From Crocosphaera subtropica ATCC 51142 (GTDB lineage Bacteria; Cyanobacteriota; Cyanobacteriia; Cyanobacteriales; Microcystaceae): a DNA stretch of 32,000 bases. Location: contig NC_010546.1 of the NCBI RefSeq assembly GCF_000017845.1, positions 3,540,001-3,572,000 on the forward strand. Direction: 5' to 3'. Under the pieces are notes generated by a model. It worked only from the letters and a program-made list of their open reading frames with translations, was not told the origin of the DNA and searched no databases. Shown one piece after another: positions 1 through 7,812 of the stretch (its first letter is position 1; each line of letters opens with the position of its first letter). Position numbers and translations under genes: made by a program.

Positions 1-288
1 CAAAAATATTGGGATAACGAATACCCCGAAATAGATATGGCATCCTCCAAGATTAGTCTACTGGAGAAAAACGGCTATTCCCCTATTGGCTACTTTATTT
101 TACCAGAGGATTGTTGGCTGGCTAATTATTATCAGCCGATGCAAAATAGTTTTAAGGATTTCCTATACCGAAACGGCAATAGCGAAGAAGCACAAGCAAT
201 AGTAGAAGCGCAGAACAAAGAAATCGAACTCTATGAAAAGTATAAATCATACTACAGTTATGGTGTATATGTCGCAAGAAAGTTATAG
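1..288 (+). CDS. SAM-dependent methyltransferase, C-terminal fragment (5' end lies left of the window)
   Basis: Frame 1 is open from nt 1 (QKYWDNEYPEID precedes the listed Met at 37) to TAG at 286-288. The tail GYFILPEDCWLANYYQPMQ...YEKYKSYYSYGVYVARK resembles the C-terminal extension of small class I methyltransferases. The Rossmann part is not in the window. Confidence 0.55.
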   Translation, partial: QKYWDNEYPEIDMASSKISLLEKNGYSPIGYFILPEDCWLANYYQPMQNSFKDFLYRNGNSEEAQAIVEAQNKEIELYEKYKSYYSYGVYVARKL

Positions 289-356
289 CAAGTTCCATAC
301 TTGTGAAGTACAAAAGTTATTCCTTTAACTCATATCTTGCACCTTCGATTAAATTA

Positions 357-456
357 GCTAGTTTGTAAGGGTTCAGCTATCAGCCATTAGCTATATTCTT
401 ATATCGAATAGAAATAAGAATGCTACAAATTATCTCTCTGCCCACTCCCTGCTCCC
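357..456. repeat. Short dispersed intergenic repeat, copy A (about 45-nt unit 357-404 plus C-rich motif 441-456); partner copy at 16004-16211
   Basis: The reverse complement of 357-404 matches 16171-16211 apart from one extra heptamer and a few mismatches. cccactccctgctccc (441-456) matches cccaccccctgctccc (16004-16019). The region also contains a perfect 8-bp-stem hairpin attcttat/ataagaat at 395-421. Confidence 0.6.
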
Positions 457-500
457 TTGCCATCTTTTGTAGCAAACATAAAGCAATTTCATATTAATTA

Positions 501-2342
501 TTACTTGGCTGGTGGAATACCTTTTAAAGAAATCAAGGCATCCATGACTAATTTTGCCACAGGGGCCGCTACAGTTGAGCCATAAGTGTTACCCCCTTTC
601 GGTTCATCTACCACTACCAAAACCACATATTTAGGGGATTCTACAGGTAAAATAGAGACGAAACTGGTAATCTTCGCATTAGGTAAATAACCGCCCCTCG
701 GCCCTGCTTTTTGAGCGGTTCCAGTTTTTCCTCCAATGCGATACCCTTCTGTTTTAGCCGGCTCTCCTGAGCCCTTATCAACCACAGTTTCCATCAATTC
801 CACCACCGTTTGACTAACTTCTGAAGAAATAATTGGTTTGTTAGGATAGTCAGGTTGCCAGTGTAGGGTTCCTTCCACATCCACTAACCCTTTTACCAGA
901 TGAGGGGTGACTAATTTCCCCCCATTGGCTAAAGCCCCGTGTAACTGGACTAATTTCATCGGGGTTAAGGAAAACCCTTGACCAAAAGAAGCGGTAGCTA
1001 CTTCAATAGACCGTTCTGTAAACACTTGTTTATTTTTCAGTCTTCCAGCCACTTCTCCAGGTAAATCAATGCCTGTTTTTTGGTTAATTTCTAACTGTTG
1101 TAAACGCTGATAATAATCCTCTTTTTTCAACCGTCGCATCATGTGAACCATGGCCACATTACTCGAAGTTTGCAGGATTTCAGCAATATTGATGGAGCCA
1201 TTACCCATCTTAGAGGCATTTTTAATGGGCCAACCATCCACGGTTACCAGTCCGGAATCATGGATTACGGTGTTAGGTTGAATAACCCCAGCTTCAAGGG
1301 CCAAGGCGACATTAATCGGTTTAAAGGTAGAACCGGGTTCGTATAAATCGCTAACGGTCCAATTTTTTAATAATTCGATGCTAGACTCGTAAAATTCATT
1401 GGGATCAAAGGTGGGTTCGCACACTAGAGATACAATAGAGCCATCGGTTGCGTCCATGACGATCACCGCTCCGCGTTTGGCGTTGAACTTTTTCACCTGT
1501 TGTTGTAAAGCAGCACGGGCAGCCCGTTGTAGACGCATATCCACCGTTAATTGAACCCGCCAATCATTGGACTTAAGTAAATCTTGGGGTAAGGAATTGG
1601 GAAGGATCGCACCGAGGGCAGTTCTTTGGACGTATAAGCTTTCTAGATCCCGTTGTAAGAGTTTTTCTTGACTTAATTCTACGCCGGCTTGGCCTTGTCG
1701 TTCATGGTCTACAAATCCCACTACATCAGCCATCATTTTTTCTTGGGGATAAAAACGGCGATAGGTTTCATTCACTTCTACCCCATCTAACCCTAGTCCT
1801 TCAATTTCTTTGGCTACTCCTTCGGTTAATCTTCGGGCGACGGGAATTCCTGTTTTCCGTTGTTTAAACCGTTCCATCAATTCTTGGGGCGTTCTATTTT
1901 CCAAAACACTACTCAGTTTGGCCGCCACCTCTGCCTGGGGTAGTTTAAATTGAATGGGATGGACATATAAAATATATTCAAGGCGATCAGTGGCTAGAAT
2001 ATTCCCTTCACTGTCAATAATAGAGCGTCGTGGAATATAAGGGCGAATATTGACCGTTTGTTGCAGACGGGCTTTTTCTTTTAGTTCTTCGGCTTGAACA
2101 ATTTGTAATTGATAGGTTTTCCAGGCTAACCCCACCATTCCACTCACCAAAACCGCCCACACTAATAAAAGACGAAATTTAGGTAAGGGAGCGGGTTTCC
2201 CTTTCTCCCTACCTCTTGAGGAATCAGGGAAACGTCGAATAATTCTATTTTTGGGGCCTGATTTTTTAGAAAAACGAGTTTGACGACTATTGACAGAACG
2301 TTGAGAATGATTAGAACGGTTTTGAAATCGAGAGTTACCCAT
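501..2342 (-). CDS. ftsI: Class-B penicillin-binding protein, division-type peptidoglycan D,D-transpeptidase (FtsI/PBP3-like)
   Basis: 613-aa ORF with a basic N-terminal tail and a single TM (LLLVWAVLVSGMVGLAW). Transpeptidase motifs are present: SxxK (STFK), SxN (SSN) and KTG (KTGTA). It lies directly downstream of a bitopic coiled-coil FtsL-like gene. Confidence 0.85.
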   Translation of the reverse strand: MGNSRFQNRSNHSQRSVNSRQTRFSKKSGPKNRIIRRFPDSSRGREKGKPAPLPKFRLLLVWAVLVSGMVGLAWKTYQLQIVQAEELKEKARLQQTVNIRPYIPRRSIIDSEGNILATDRLEYILYVHPIQFKLPQAEVAAKLSSVLENRTPQELMERFKQRKTGIPVARRLTEGVAKEIEGLGLDGVEVNETYRRFYPQEKMMADVVGFVDHERQGQAGVELSQEKLLQRDLESLYVQRTALGAILPNSLPQDLLKSNDWRVQLTVDMRLQRAARAALQQQVKKFNAKRGAVIVMDATDGSIVSLVCEPTFDPNEFYESSIELLKNWTVSDLYEPGSTFKPINVALALEAGVIQPNTVIHDSGLVTVDGWPIKNASKMGNGSINIAEILQTSSNVAMVHMMRRLKKEDYYQRLQQLEINQKTGIDLPGEVAGRLKNKQVFTERSIEVATASFGQGFSLTPMKLVQLHGALANGGKLVTPHLVKGLVDVEGTLHWQPDYPNKPIISSEVSQTVVELMETVVDKGSGEPAKTEGYRIGGKTGTAQKAGPRGGYLPNAKITSFVSILPVESPKYVVLVVVDEPKGGNTYGSTVAAPVAKLVMDALISLKGIPPAK

Positions 2343-2454
2343 GGCCGGTTCAAGTGTGAGAAGTGGTTATCAAATGCTTCAGAAAAACAACTATAATCTT
2401 GACACCTTTTGCTGTTGAGAAATTTTGATCGATTGCTCTGATTGATTAGACTGA

Positions 2455-2988
2455 TTAATAAGCAATAGGGGTTTCTGTGATGACTGGGGTTTGTTGAGTG
2501 TCCTGAGTCTGATCCCTAACCTCAATGACAGGAACATCAGCCGGGGCGAGAAAGATTGATTGATAAGGGTTTGGAGGGGTTAAACCGGATGCCGGTTGCT
2601 CCGCTTGTTCTGCCATTTTATGCTTTAAAGATTCATTGGTGGCAGCCAGTTGGCGTTCGTTGCGTTGTAGGGTTTTCAGTTTAGAAAATTCTTGACTCCA
2701 AAGAGTAGGCGCATAAACCGTCCAACCATAAACCCCCAAAGTAATGGCGACTAAACCACAGGTGAGGGTGGTAGAACTTTTCTGTACCAGCAAGAGAAAT
2801 TGTAAGGCTAATGGCAATTGTTTGGGCTTTGTCCGAAGACGGGTAACCTTAGAACGATACTCGGAAGGACGACGAGAAACAGTTTTTGGGACAACAGACT
2901 GATAAGTAGGGGGTGGGGTCGTTTTTTGGCGACGACGACGATGACGGGTTGGCGGTGGTGTGGGTAAATAATCATGTGCAGCAGTCAT
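2455..2988 (-). CDS. Bitopic membrane protein with Pro/Arg-rich N-tail, one TM and a periplasmic coiled coil; FtsL/DivIC-like by architecture and position
   Basis: 177-aa ORF with TM TLTCGLVAITLGVYGWTVYA followed by a heptad-like segment (FSKLKTLQRNERQLAATNESLKHKMAEQAE). It sits 112 nt upstream of ftsI on the same strand. The function call rests on context only. Confidence 0.6.
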   Translation of the reverse strand: MTAAHDYLPTPPPTRHRRRRQKTTPPPTYQSVVPKTVSRRPSEYRSKVTRLRTKPKQLPLALQFLLLVQKSSTTLTCGLVAITLGVYGWTVYAPTLWSQEFSKLKTLQRNERQLAATNESLKHKMAEQAEQPASGLTPPNPYQSIFLAPADVPVIEVRDQTQDTQQTPVITETPIAY

Positions 2989-3517
2989 AGTGATAGTTTA
3001 TGAGTCGTACAAATACTTTGATTGTAAATAACCCTCATTCAATGATTCTGATCAGAATCTTTAAAAAGGTGACTGGTGGGTTAGACGGCCGAGACTACCA
3101 CTATGTTGCATTTATTTCATAAGTCACAATTTAACCTTGCAAAAGTCATGAAATCTAGATAATCTAGAAAAGTAATTGAAGCTTAGAAAGAAAAAAAAGA
3201 CACGATAATTTTCATGGTTATGATTGTTATAATTAAAACTTGACTATAACTAGAGGTTTAATTAGGTTTAAATTAGCAAAAAAAATACTAAATAATTAAC
3301 TAATCCCTTAATAAGACCTTCAGTAAAGAAAATATTAAAAATAGCTTGCCCATACTAACTCGTTTAAGTCCTTTTTTAAAACTTAATTAAAATTTAATGT
3401 TTACTAACACAAAATGTATAGTAATATCCAGATCAGGAGATAAATTTGATTTAAGTGTGACGAGCGATTGAAACAATCAAATTATCTTGATCAAGATTTG
3501 AAGGAAAACCAATAAAT

Positions 3518-5011
3518 ATGATTGCAGCAGCACCCTCTTCCAACGGATACCACATTCATGGGGCTAAACCTGGATTACCTCCCATTAGTGGTTGGGAAGC
3601 CGAAATCGCCTCAGTTGTGAACCATGATGATCCTATTTTTGCCCCCCATTCTAATATCAATCTCCCTAATGTAAAATCAGGGTTTGCTTGCGCCCTTCAT
3701 ATGCACCAACCCACCATTCCTGCTGGTCAAGATGGTGCTTTGATTAGTAATCTTCAGCATATGTTTGAAAATCAACATATTGGGGATAATCATAACGCCC
3801 CTACCTTTGCTTGGTGTTATAAGCGGATTGGTGAGTTTATTCCTGAATTGGTGCAGAATGGTTGTAATCCCCGCATTATGTTGGACTATTCTGGTAATTT
3901 ATTGTGGGATTTCCAACAAACTCCCCGACACGATATCCTTGAACCCCTCAAAACCATTACCAACGATATTCAATATCATCCCTATGTTGAATGGTTAGGT
4001 ACCATGTGGAGTCACGCCGTTGCTCCCTCCACACCCATTCCTGACCTAAAATTACAGATCCAAGCGTGGCAGCATCAGTTTGCTGCATTATTTGGTTATG
4101 ATGCCCTGAGACGGGTTAAAGGGTTTTCTCCCCCAGAAATGCACCTACCGAATAATCCCGATACCCTCTATGAATATATCAAAGCTCTTAAAGAGTGTGG
4201 TTATCGTTGGTTATTGGTGCAAGAGGACTCTGTAGAACGGTTAAACGGAGATGACTTCCACAAAAACGGTGACGATAAGTATGTTCCTAACCGTTTAGTT
4301 GCCCGTAACTCTCACGGCGAAACCATCAGTATTACCGCGTTAATCAAAACCCAAGGGTCTGACACCAAATTAGTGGCTCAGATGCAGCCTTATCATGAAG
4401 CTAAAGCCAGAGGAAAGCAAAAAGTAGGTAATGTAGAAGTTCCGTCTTGTGTTGCTCAGATCGCTGATGGAGAAAATGGCGGTGTGATGATGAATGAGTT
4501 TCCTGACGGTTTCCGCAATGCCTTCTATAGCATCAAGGATAATAATGAGGGTGTGGTTGGGTTCAATGGCACTGAATACATCGAACTCTTAGAACAGGCC
4601 GGTGTTACCGAGGATGATTATCCCGTTTGCCAAGCGGTGGGTCAACATAAAATTTGGAATAAGATTGGCACAGATAATGTGACCCCTGAAAAGGTAGCTA
4701 AAGCGATCGCAGAATTAGAGAAAGAAGACGATCGCTTTCATATGGATGGTGCATCTTGGACCAATGATCTCAGTTGGGTTAAAGGGTACGAAAACGTTCT
4801 CGGACCCATGAACGAACTGAGTGCCGGTTTCCATCAAAAATTCGATAGTCGTGTCAAAGAAGATGGCAATGTGACTCGCACTCCTGAGTACCAAGAAGCT
4901 CTACTCTACACCATGTTAGTTGAAACTAGCTGTTTCCGTTACTGGGGACAGGGTGCTTGGACTGACTACGCCCGTGAACTTTATAATCGTGGTCAGCATT
5001 TCGTTCAATAA
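3518..5011 (+). CDS. Glycoside hydrolase family 57 protein (alpha-glucan-active)
   Basis: 497-aa ORF with the GH57-type N-terminal signature ALHMHQP. Length and overall pattern are typical of cyanobacterial GH57 proteins. Specificity (amylase, branching or other) cannot be told from the sequence. Confidence 0.8.
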   Translation: MIAAAPSSNGYHIHGAKPGLPPISGWEAEIASVVNHDDPIFAPHSNINLPNVKSGFACALHMHQPTIPAGQDGALISNLQHMFENQHIGDNHNAPTFAWCYKRIGEFIPELVQNGCNPRIMLDYSGNLLWDFQQTPRHDILEPLKTITNDIQYHPYVEWLGTMWSHAVAPSTPIPDLKLQIQAWQHQFAALFGYDALRRVKGFSPPEMHLPNNPDTLYEYIKALKECGYRWLLVQEDSVERLNGDDFHKNGDDKYVPNRLVARNSHGETISITALIKTQGSDTKLVAQMQPYHEAKARGKQKVGNVEVPSCVAQIADGENGGVMMNEFPDGFRNAFYSIKDNNEGVVGFNGTEYIELLEQAGVTEDDYPVCQAVGQHKIWNKIGTDNVTPEKVAKAIAELEKEDDRFHMDGASWTNDLSWVKGYENVLGPMNELSAGFHQKFDSRVKEDGNVTRTPEYQEALLYTMLVETSCFRYWGQGAWTDYARELYNRGQHFVQ

Positions 5012-5035
5012 GTCTTTGTTGGGTACATTTTATGC

Positions 5036-5069
5036 GATCGCTTCTTTAATTAAGGGGCGATCTTTTTTT
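5036..5069 (+). terminator. Candidate intrinsic terminator of the GH57 gene
   Basis: The stem gatcgc (5036-5041) / gcgatc (5057-5062), partly built from a HIP1 site, is followed by a T7 run (5063-5069). The loop is rather large (15 nt). Confidence 0.45.
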
Positions 5070-5730
5070 ATAATTCATTCGGATCAATTCCTAAATCTCT
5101 CAATTTTTCTTCTAGTTTTTTAGCCTTTTCTTGAGAGGTTAAATAGCGTTTACCATGTTGATCATACCAATATAACCATTCTCGTTCTACTCCTTGATAA
5201 ACCCCTATTTCTTTACCTATTCCTAAATTAAGTTCTGCTAACCAAACTGGTTCCCCTTCTAATAATTTATACTCTTCATTTTCTAATTGATACACTTCTA
5301 AACGGGGTTTTCTTTTTCTTAAAGGGTTATAAATTACATAATATAATACTCCCATTTTTGCATAATCTTCTTTCTTCTGAGTATATTCTTCTCTTCTGGT
5401 TTGGGACACCACTTCTAACACCATTGTCGGGATAACCAGTTCATCCCATAACACATAAGATAACCTCAAATCTGAATCAATAATACGGGGAACTCCTACG
5501 CTTAAAAACCCATCGGGAACTATGACATCTGTAGGGTTTTCAGGGTCATAATAGATACCCATATCCACCCCAAAATACCAGTCCATTCTCTCTTCCCAAA
5601 CAAGGGCTAAAATATCTTTAAGAACATGGGGAATTAAGTCTTGTAGTTCGTTATCCACAGGAGTATCATCAGAGTCGGGTAAATCTTCAGCAGAGGGTAA
5701 ACAATGACGGGGATTATAGTTTAATAACAT
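5068..5730 (-). CDS. Uma2 (DUF820) family putative PD-(D/E)XK endonuclease
   Basis: 220-aa ORF. The N-terminal LPDSDDTPVDNELQ...GVDMGIYYDP and core VLEVVS pattern are characteristic of the cyanobacterially expanded Uma2 family. Confidence 0.8.
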   Translation of the reverse strand: MLLNYNPRHCLPSAEDLPDSDDTPVDNELQDLIPHVLKDILALVWEERMDWYFGVDMGIYYDPENPTDVIVPDGFLSVGVPRIIDSDLRLSYVLWDELVIPTMVLEVVSQTRREEYTQKKEDYAKMGVLYYVIYNPLRKRKPRLEVYQLENEEYKLLEGEPVWLAELNLGIGKEIGVYQGVEREWLYWYDQHGKRYLTSQEKAKKLEEKLRDLGIDPNEL

Positions 5731-5790
5731 TGTCAGAAATTGAATTCGCTTGAGCAGCTTTGATAATTATATCATTGTCATAATATTATC

Positions 5791-6213
5791 CTATTCTTCG
5801 GGAAACCAATCAGTTTGAATTTGTTCGCAAGAATAGGGACAATTATCGGGAAAATTCCAGTCAGAAATTCCTGTTTCATTGGCAGCATCTGCTCTTGCAT
5901 CCCCATAAACCTTAGATAAATCTTCCCAATATCGTTTTAAACTTGGTGTATCTCTTAAATAGCGTTTGAGATTATTTCTTTCTCTTTTAATGGTAATTTG
6001 CCAAGACCTAGATCGCTTTTCTGGTTGATATTCCCATTTTAATAAATGTTGAATAATTAAGCGAATCGATGACAAAAATCTGTCTCTTTCTCGTTTACCC
6101 AAGTCTTCAATCTCTTCTAATATATTGACCCAATCTACTTCAGTATATCGTTGTTCTTTTATCAAGGATATTTGTTGTTCAACCCATTTTATGATGTCGG
6201 TTTCGTAGAGCAT
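5791..6213 (-). CDS. DUF29 family protein
   Basis: 140-aa ORF. MLYETDIIKWVEQQISLIKEQRYTEVDWVNILEEIEDLGKRERDRFLSSIRLIIQHLLKWEYQP is the typical DUF29 signature. Confidence 0.8.
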   Translation of the reverse strand: MLYETDIIKWVEQQISLIKEQRYTEVDWVNILEEIEDLGKRERDRFLSSIRLIIQHLLKWEYQPEKRSRSWQITIKRERNNLKRYLRDTPSLKRYWEDLSKVYGDARADAANETGISDWNFPDNCPYSCEQIQTDWFPEE

Positions 6214-6380
6214 TTTTCAATGTTGATAGGGCATTTTTCTTTCATGTTAGCTGATTATTACACTCCTGTAGAGACGTGGCAAAAAAAGTCTCTACATAAA
6301 AGCAAAATTCAATGTAATCTACGATACTTAAAGATTTAAGCGAATAAAACAAGAAATTTGATTAAAAATCTTTAAATTAC

Positions 6381-6408
6381 TTGACTTTAACCCCCTCTAT
6401 GCTAATTT
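6381..6408 (+). promoter_or_regulatory. Candidate sigma70-type promoter of the PEP-CTERM gene
   Basis: TTGACT (6381-6386), a 16-nt spacer, then TAATTT (6403-6408), about 40 nt upstream of the GAGGAG RBS (6439-6444). Confidence 0.4.
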
Positions 6409-6449
6409 GCTCCCGAAAAAACCTTATTATTCTTTTCTGAGGAGTGTTA

Positions 6450-7145
6450 ATGATTAAGAAAACCAGTGTATTATCTAGTGTTGCTTTAGGTAGCTTATTA
6501 GCTTTAAGCTTGACTCAAACAGCACAAGCTGCTGTTTTTGACTTTTCCTGGAATAATTCTGGGGGAACTTTTGAAGATACTCCCAGTCGAGACAGTGAGC
6601 TAGGAGATGGACTCTCTGCTTCTGGAACCATCACCTTAGATGATGCGGTTGGGGATGGAAGTAGCTTTACCATTGCTGATATTACTGCCTACAGCATTGA
6701 AGTATTCAATGGAACCACTTCCCTGTTTACTTTCACAGATGTTAATAGTGCTAACTTTGCAGGAGCTACTTTTCTTCCTACTACCATTGAAGGAACCCTC
6801 AGTGGTAATGCTTTATCCTTTAGTCGCTTCTCAGTAACCACTGCTCAAAATTACTTCGGTTGTGGTACTGAATTCAGCTTTAATGCTGTCTGTACACTGG
6901 ACCCTTTCATCCATTATGATGATGATGGAAGCTTTGTTGGTAATAGTCTTCTCAGTAACACTAATATTAGTTCACTTGCTTACAGTTACGGATCTTTTCC
7001 AGAGGCTTTTTCCTCATTTGAATTAACTTTACAGGACACAGGTGTCGTTCCTGAACCTTTAACTATTTTAGGTGCAGCCACTGCTATTGGTTTTGGGGCT
7101 AGTTTCAAGCGTAAATTAGCTCAAAGAAACAAAAAACAAGGTTAA
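6450..7145 (+). CDS. PEP-CTERM sorting-domain secreted protein
   Basis: N-terminal signal peptide (ALGSLLALSLTQTAQA). C-terminal VPEP motif, then TM LTILGAATAIGFGA, then basic tail KRKLAQRNKKQG. I prefer the ATG at 6450 (5 nt after GAGGAG) over the GTG at 6444 given in the ORF track. Confidence 0.8.
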   Translation: MIKKTSVLSSVALGSLLALSLTQTAQAAVFDFSWNNSGGTFEDTPSRDSELGDGLSASGTITLDDAVGDGSSFTIADITAYSIEVFNGTTSLFTFTDVNSANFAGATFLPTTIEGTLSGNALSFSRFSVTTAQNYFGCGTEFSFNAVCTLDPFIHYDDDGSFVGNSLLSNTNISSLAYSYGSFPEAFSSFELTLQDTGVVPEPLTILGAATAIGFGASFKRKLAQRNKKQG

Positions 7146-7208
7146 TATTGAATTATTTTAACTGGTAGGCCGATGCACTGCCCATCTTTATTTATATTAT
7201 TATTAAAG

Positions 7209-7766
7209 CTATAGTAAAATTTTTAACGATAAAGTAAACCCAGGAATAACATCTTCTCCCTTTAAAATTGCATCAGCAGGATAGATAGTAATAGAACCAT
7301 CTTGACGATAAACTAGGGCTTGACGGTTATGGCGATCAAGTAACCATCCTAACTTAACCTCATTCTCCCGATATTCTTCCATTTTACTTTTTAAAACATC
7401 TAAGCTATCAGTTTTTGACCTAATTTCTATGACAAAATCTGGAGCTAAATTAAAGAATTCGTCTTCTCCTTCATCCCACCCTAAAGGTAAGCGATCTTTA
7501 GCGACAAAAGCAACATCAGGAGAACGAACTGCACCATTCGGTAATTTAAACCCTGTACTGGAACTAAACACCTCTCCTAAGTCGTTTTCTTGTACCCGAA
7601 TATATACATAAGTGATCGCTTTCGCTTCTCTGTTTCCTGATATTTTTCCTGTAGGTGCCATCGTTACTAAAGTTCCATCTGCGTTGCGTTCAAATCTCAA
7701 TTCTGGGTTTTGAGAACTGAGTTTCATTAATTCTTGATCGCTGATAGTTTGAGTCGTTTGTATCAT
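7209..7766 (-). CDS. Uma2 (DUF820) family putative PD-(D/E)XK endonuclease, second paralogue
   Basis: 185-aa ORF. ELRFERNADGTLVTMAPTG...PDFVIEIRS...KMEEY pattern is typical of Uma2. It lies 46 nt downstream of the AAA-ATPase gene on the same strand. Confidence 0.8.
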   Translation of the reverse strand: MIQTTQTISDQELMKLSSQNPELRFERNADGTLVTMAPTGKISGNREAKAITYVYIRVQENDLGEVFSSSTGFKLPNGAVRSPDVAFVAKDRLPLGWDEGEDEFFNLAPDFVIEIRSKTDSLDVLKSKMEEYRENEVKLGWLLDRHNRQALVYRQDGSITIYPADAILKGEDVIPGFTLSLKILL

Positions 7767-7812
7767 AAGAGTTTCATGAGTGTAGTTTTCAAAGGTTTAA
7801 CTAATAATTTTT

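Noticed and set aside
6444-6449. GTG 6444 (PEP-CTERM gene) and 13520 (small peptide) as start codons, as given in the ORF track
   Set aside because: Internal ATGs at 6450 and 13583 have well-spaced GA-rich RBS sequences and give canonical signal peptides. The upstream extensions add nothing recognisable.
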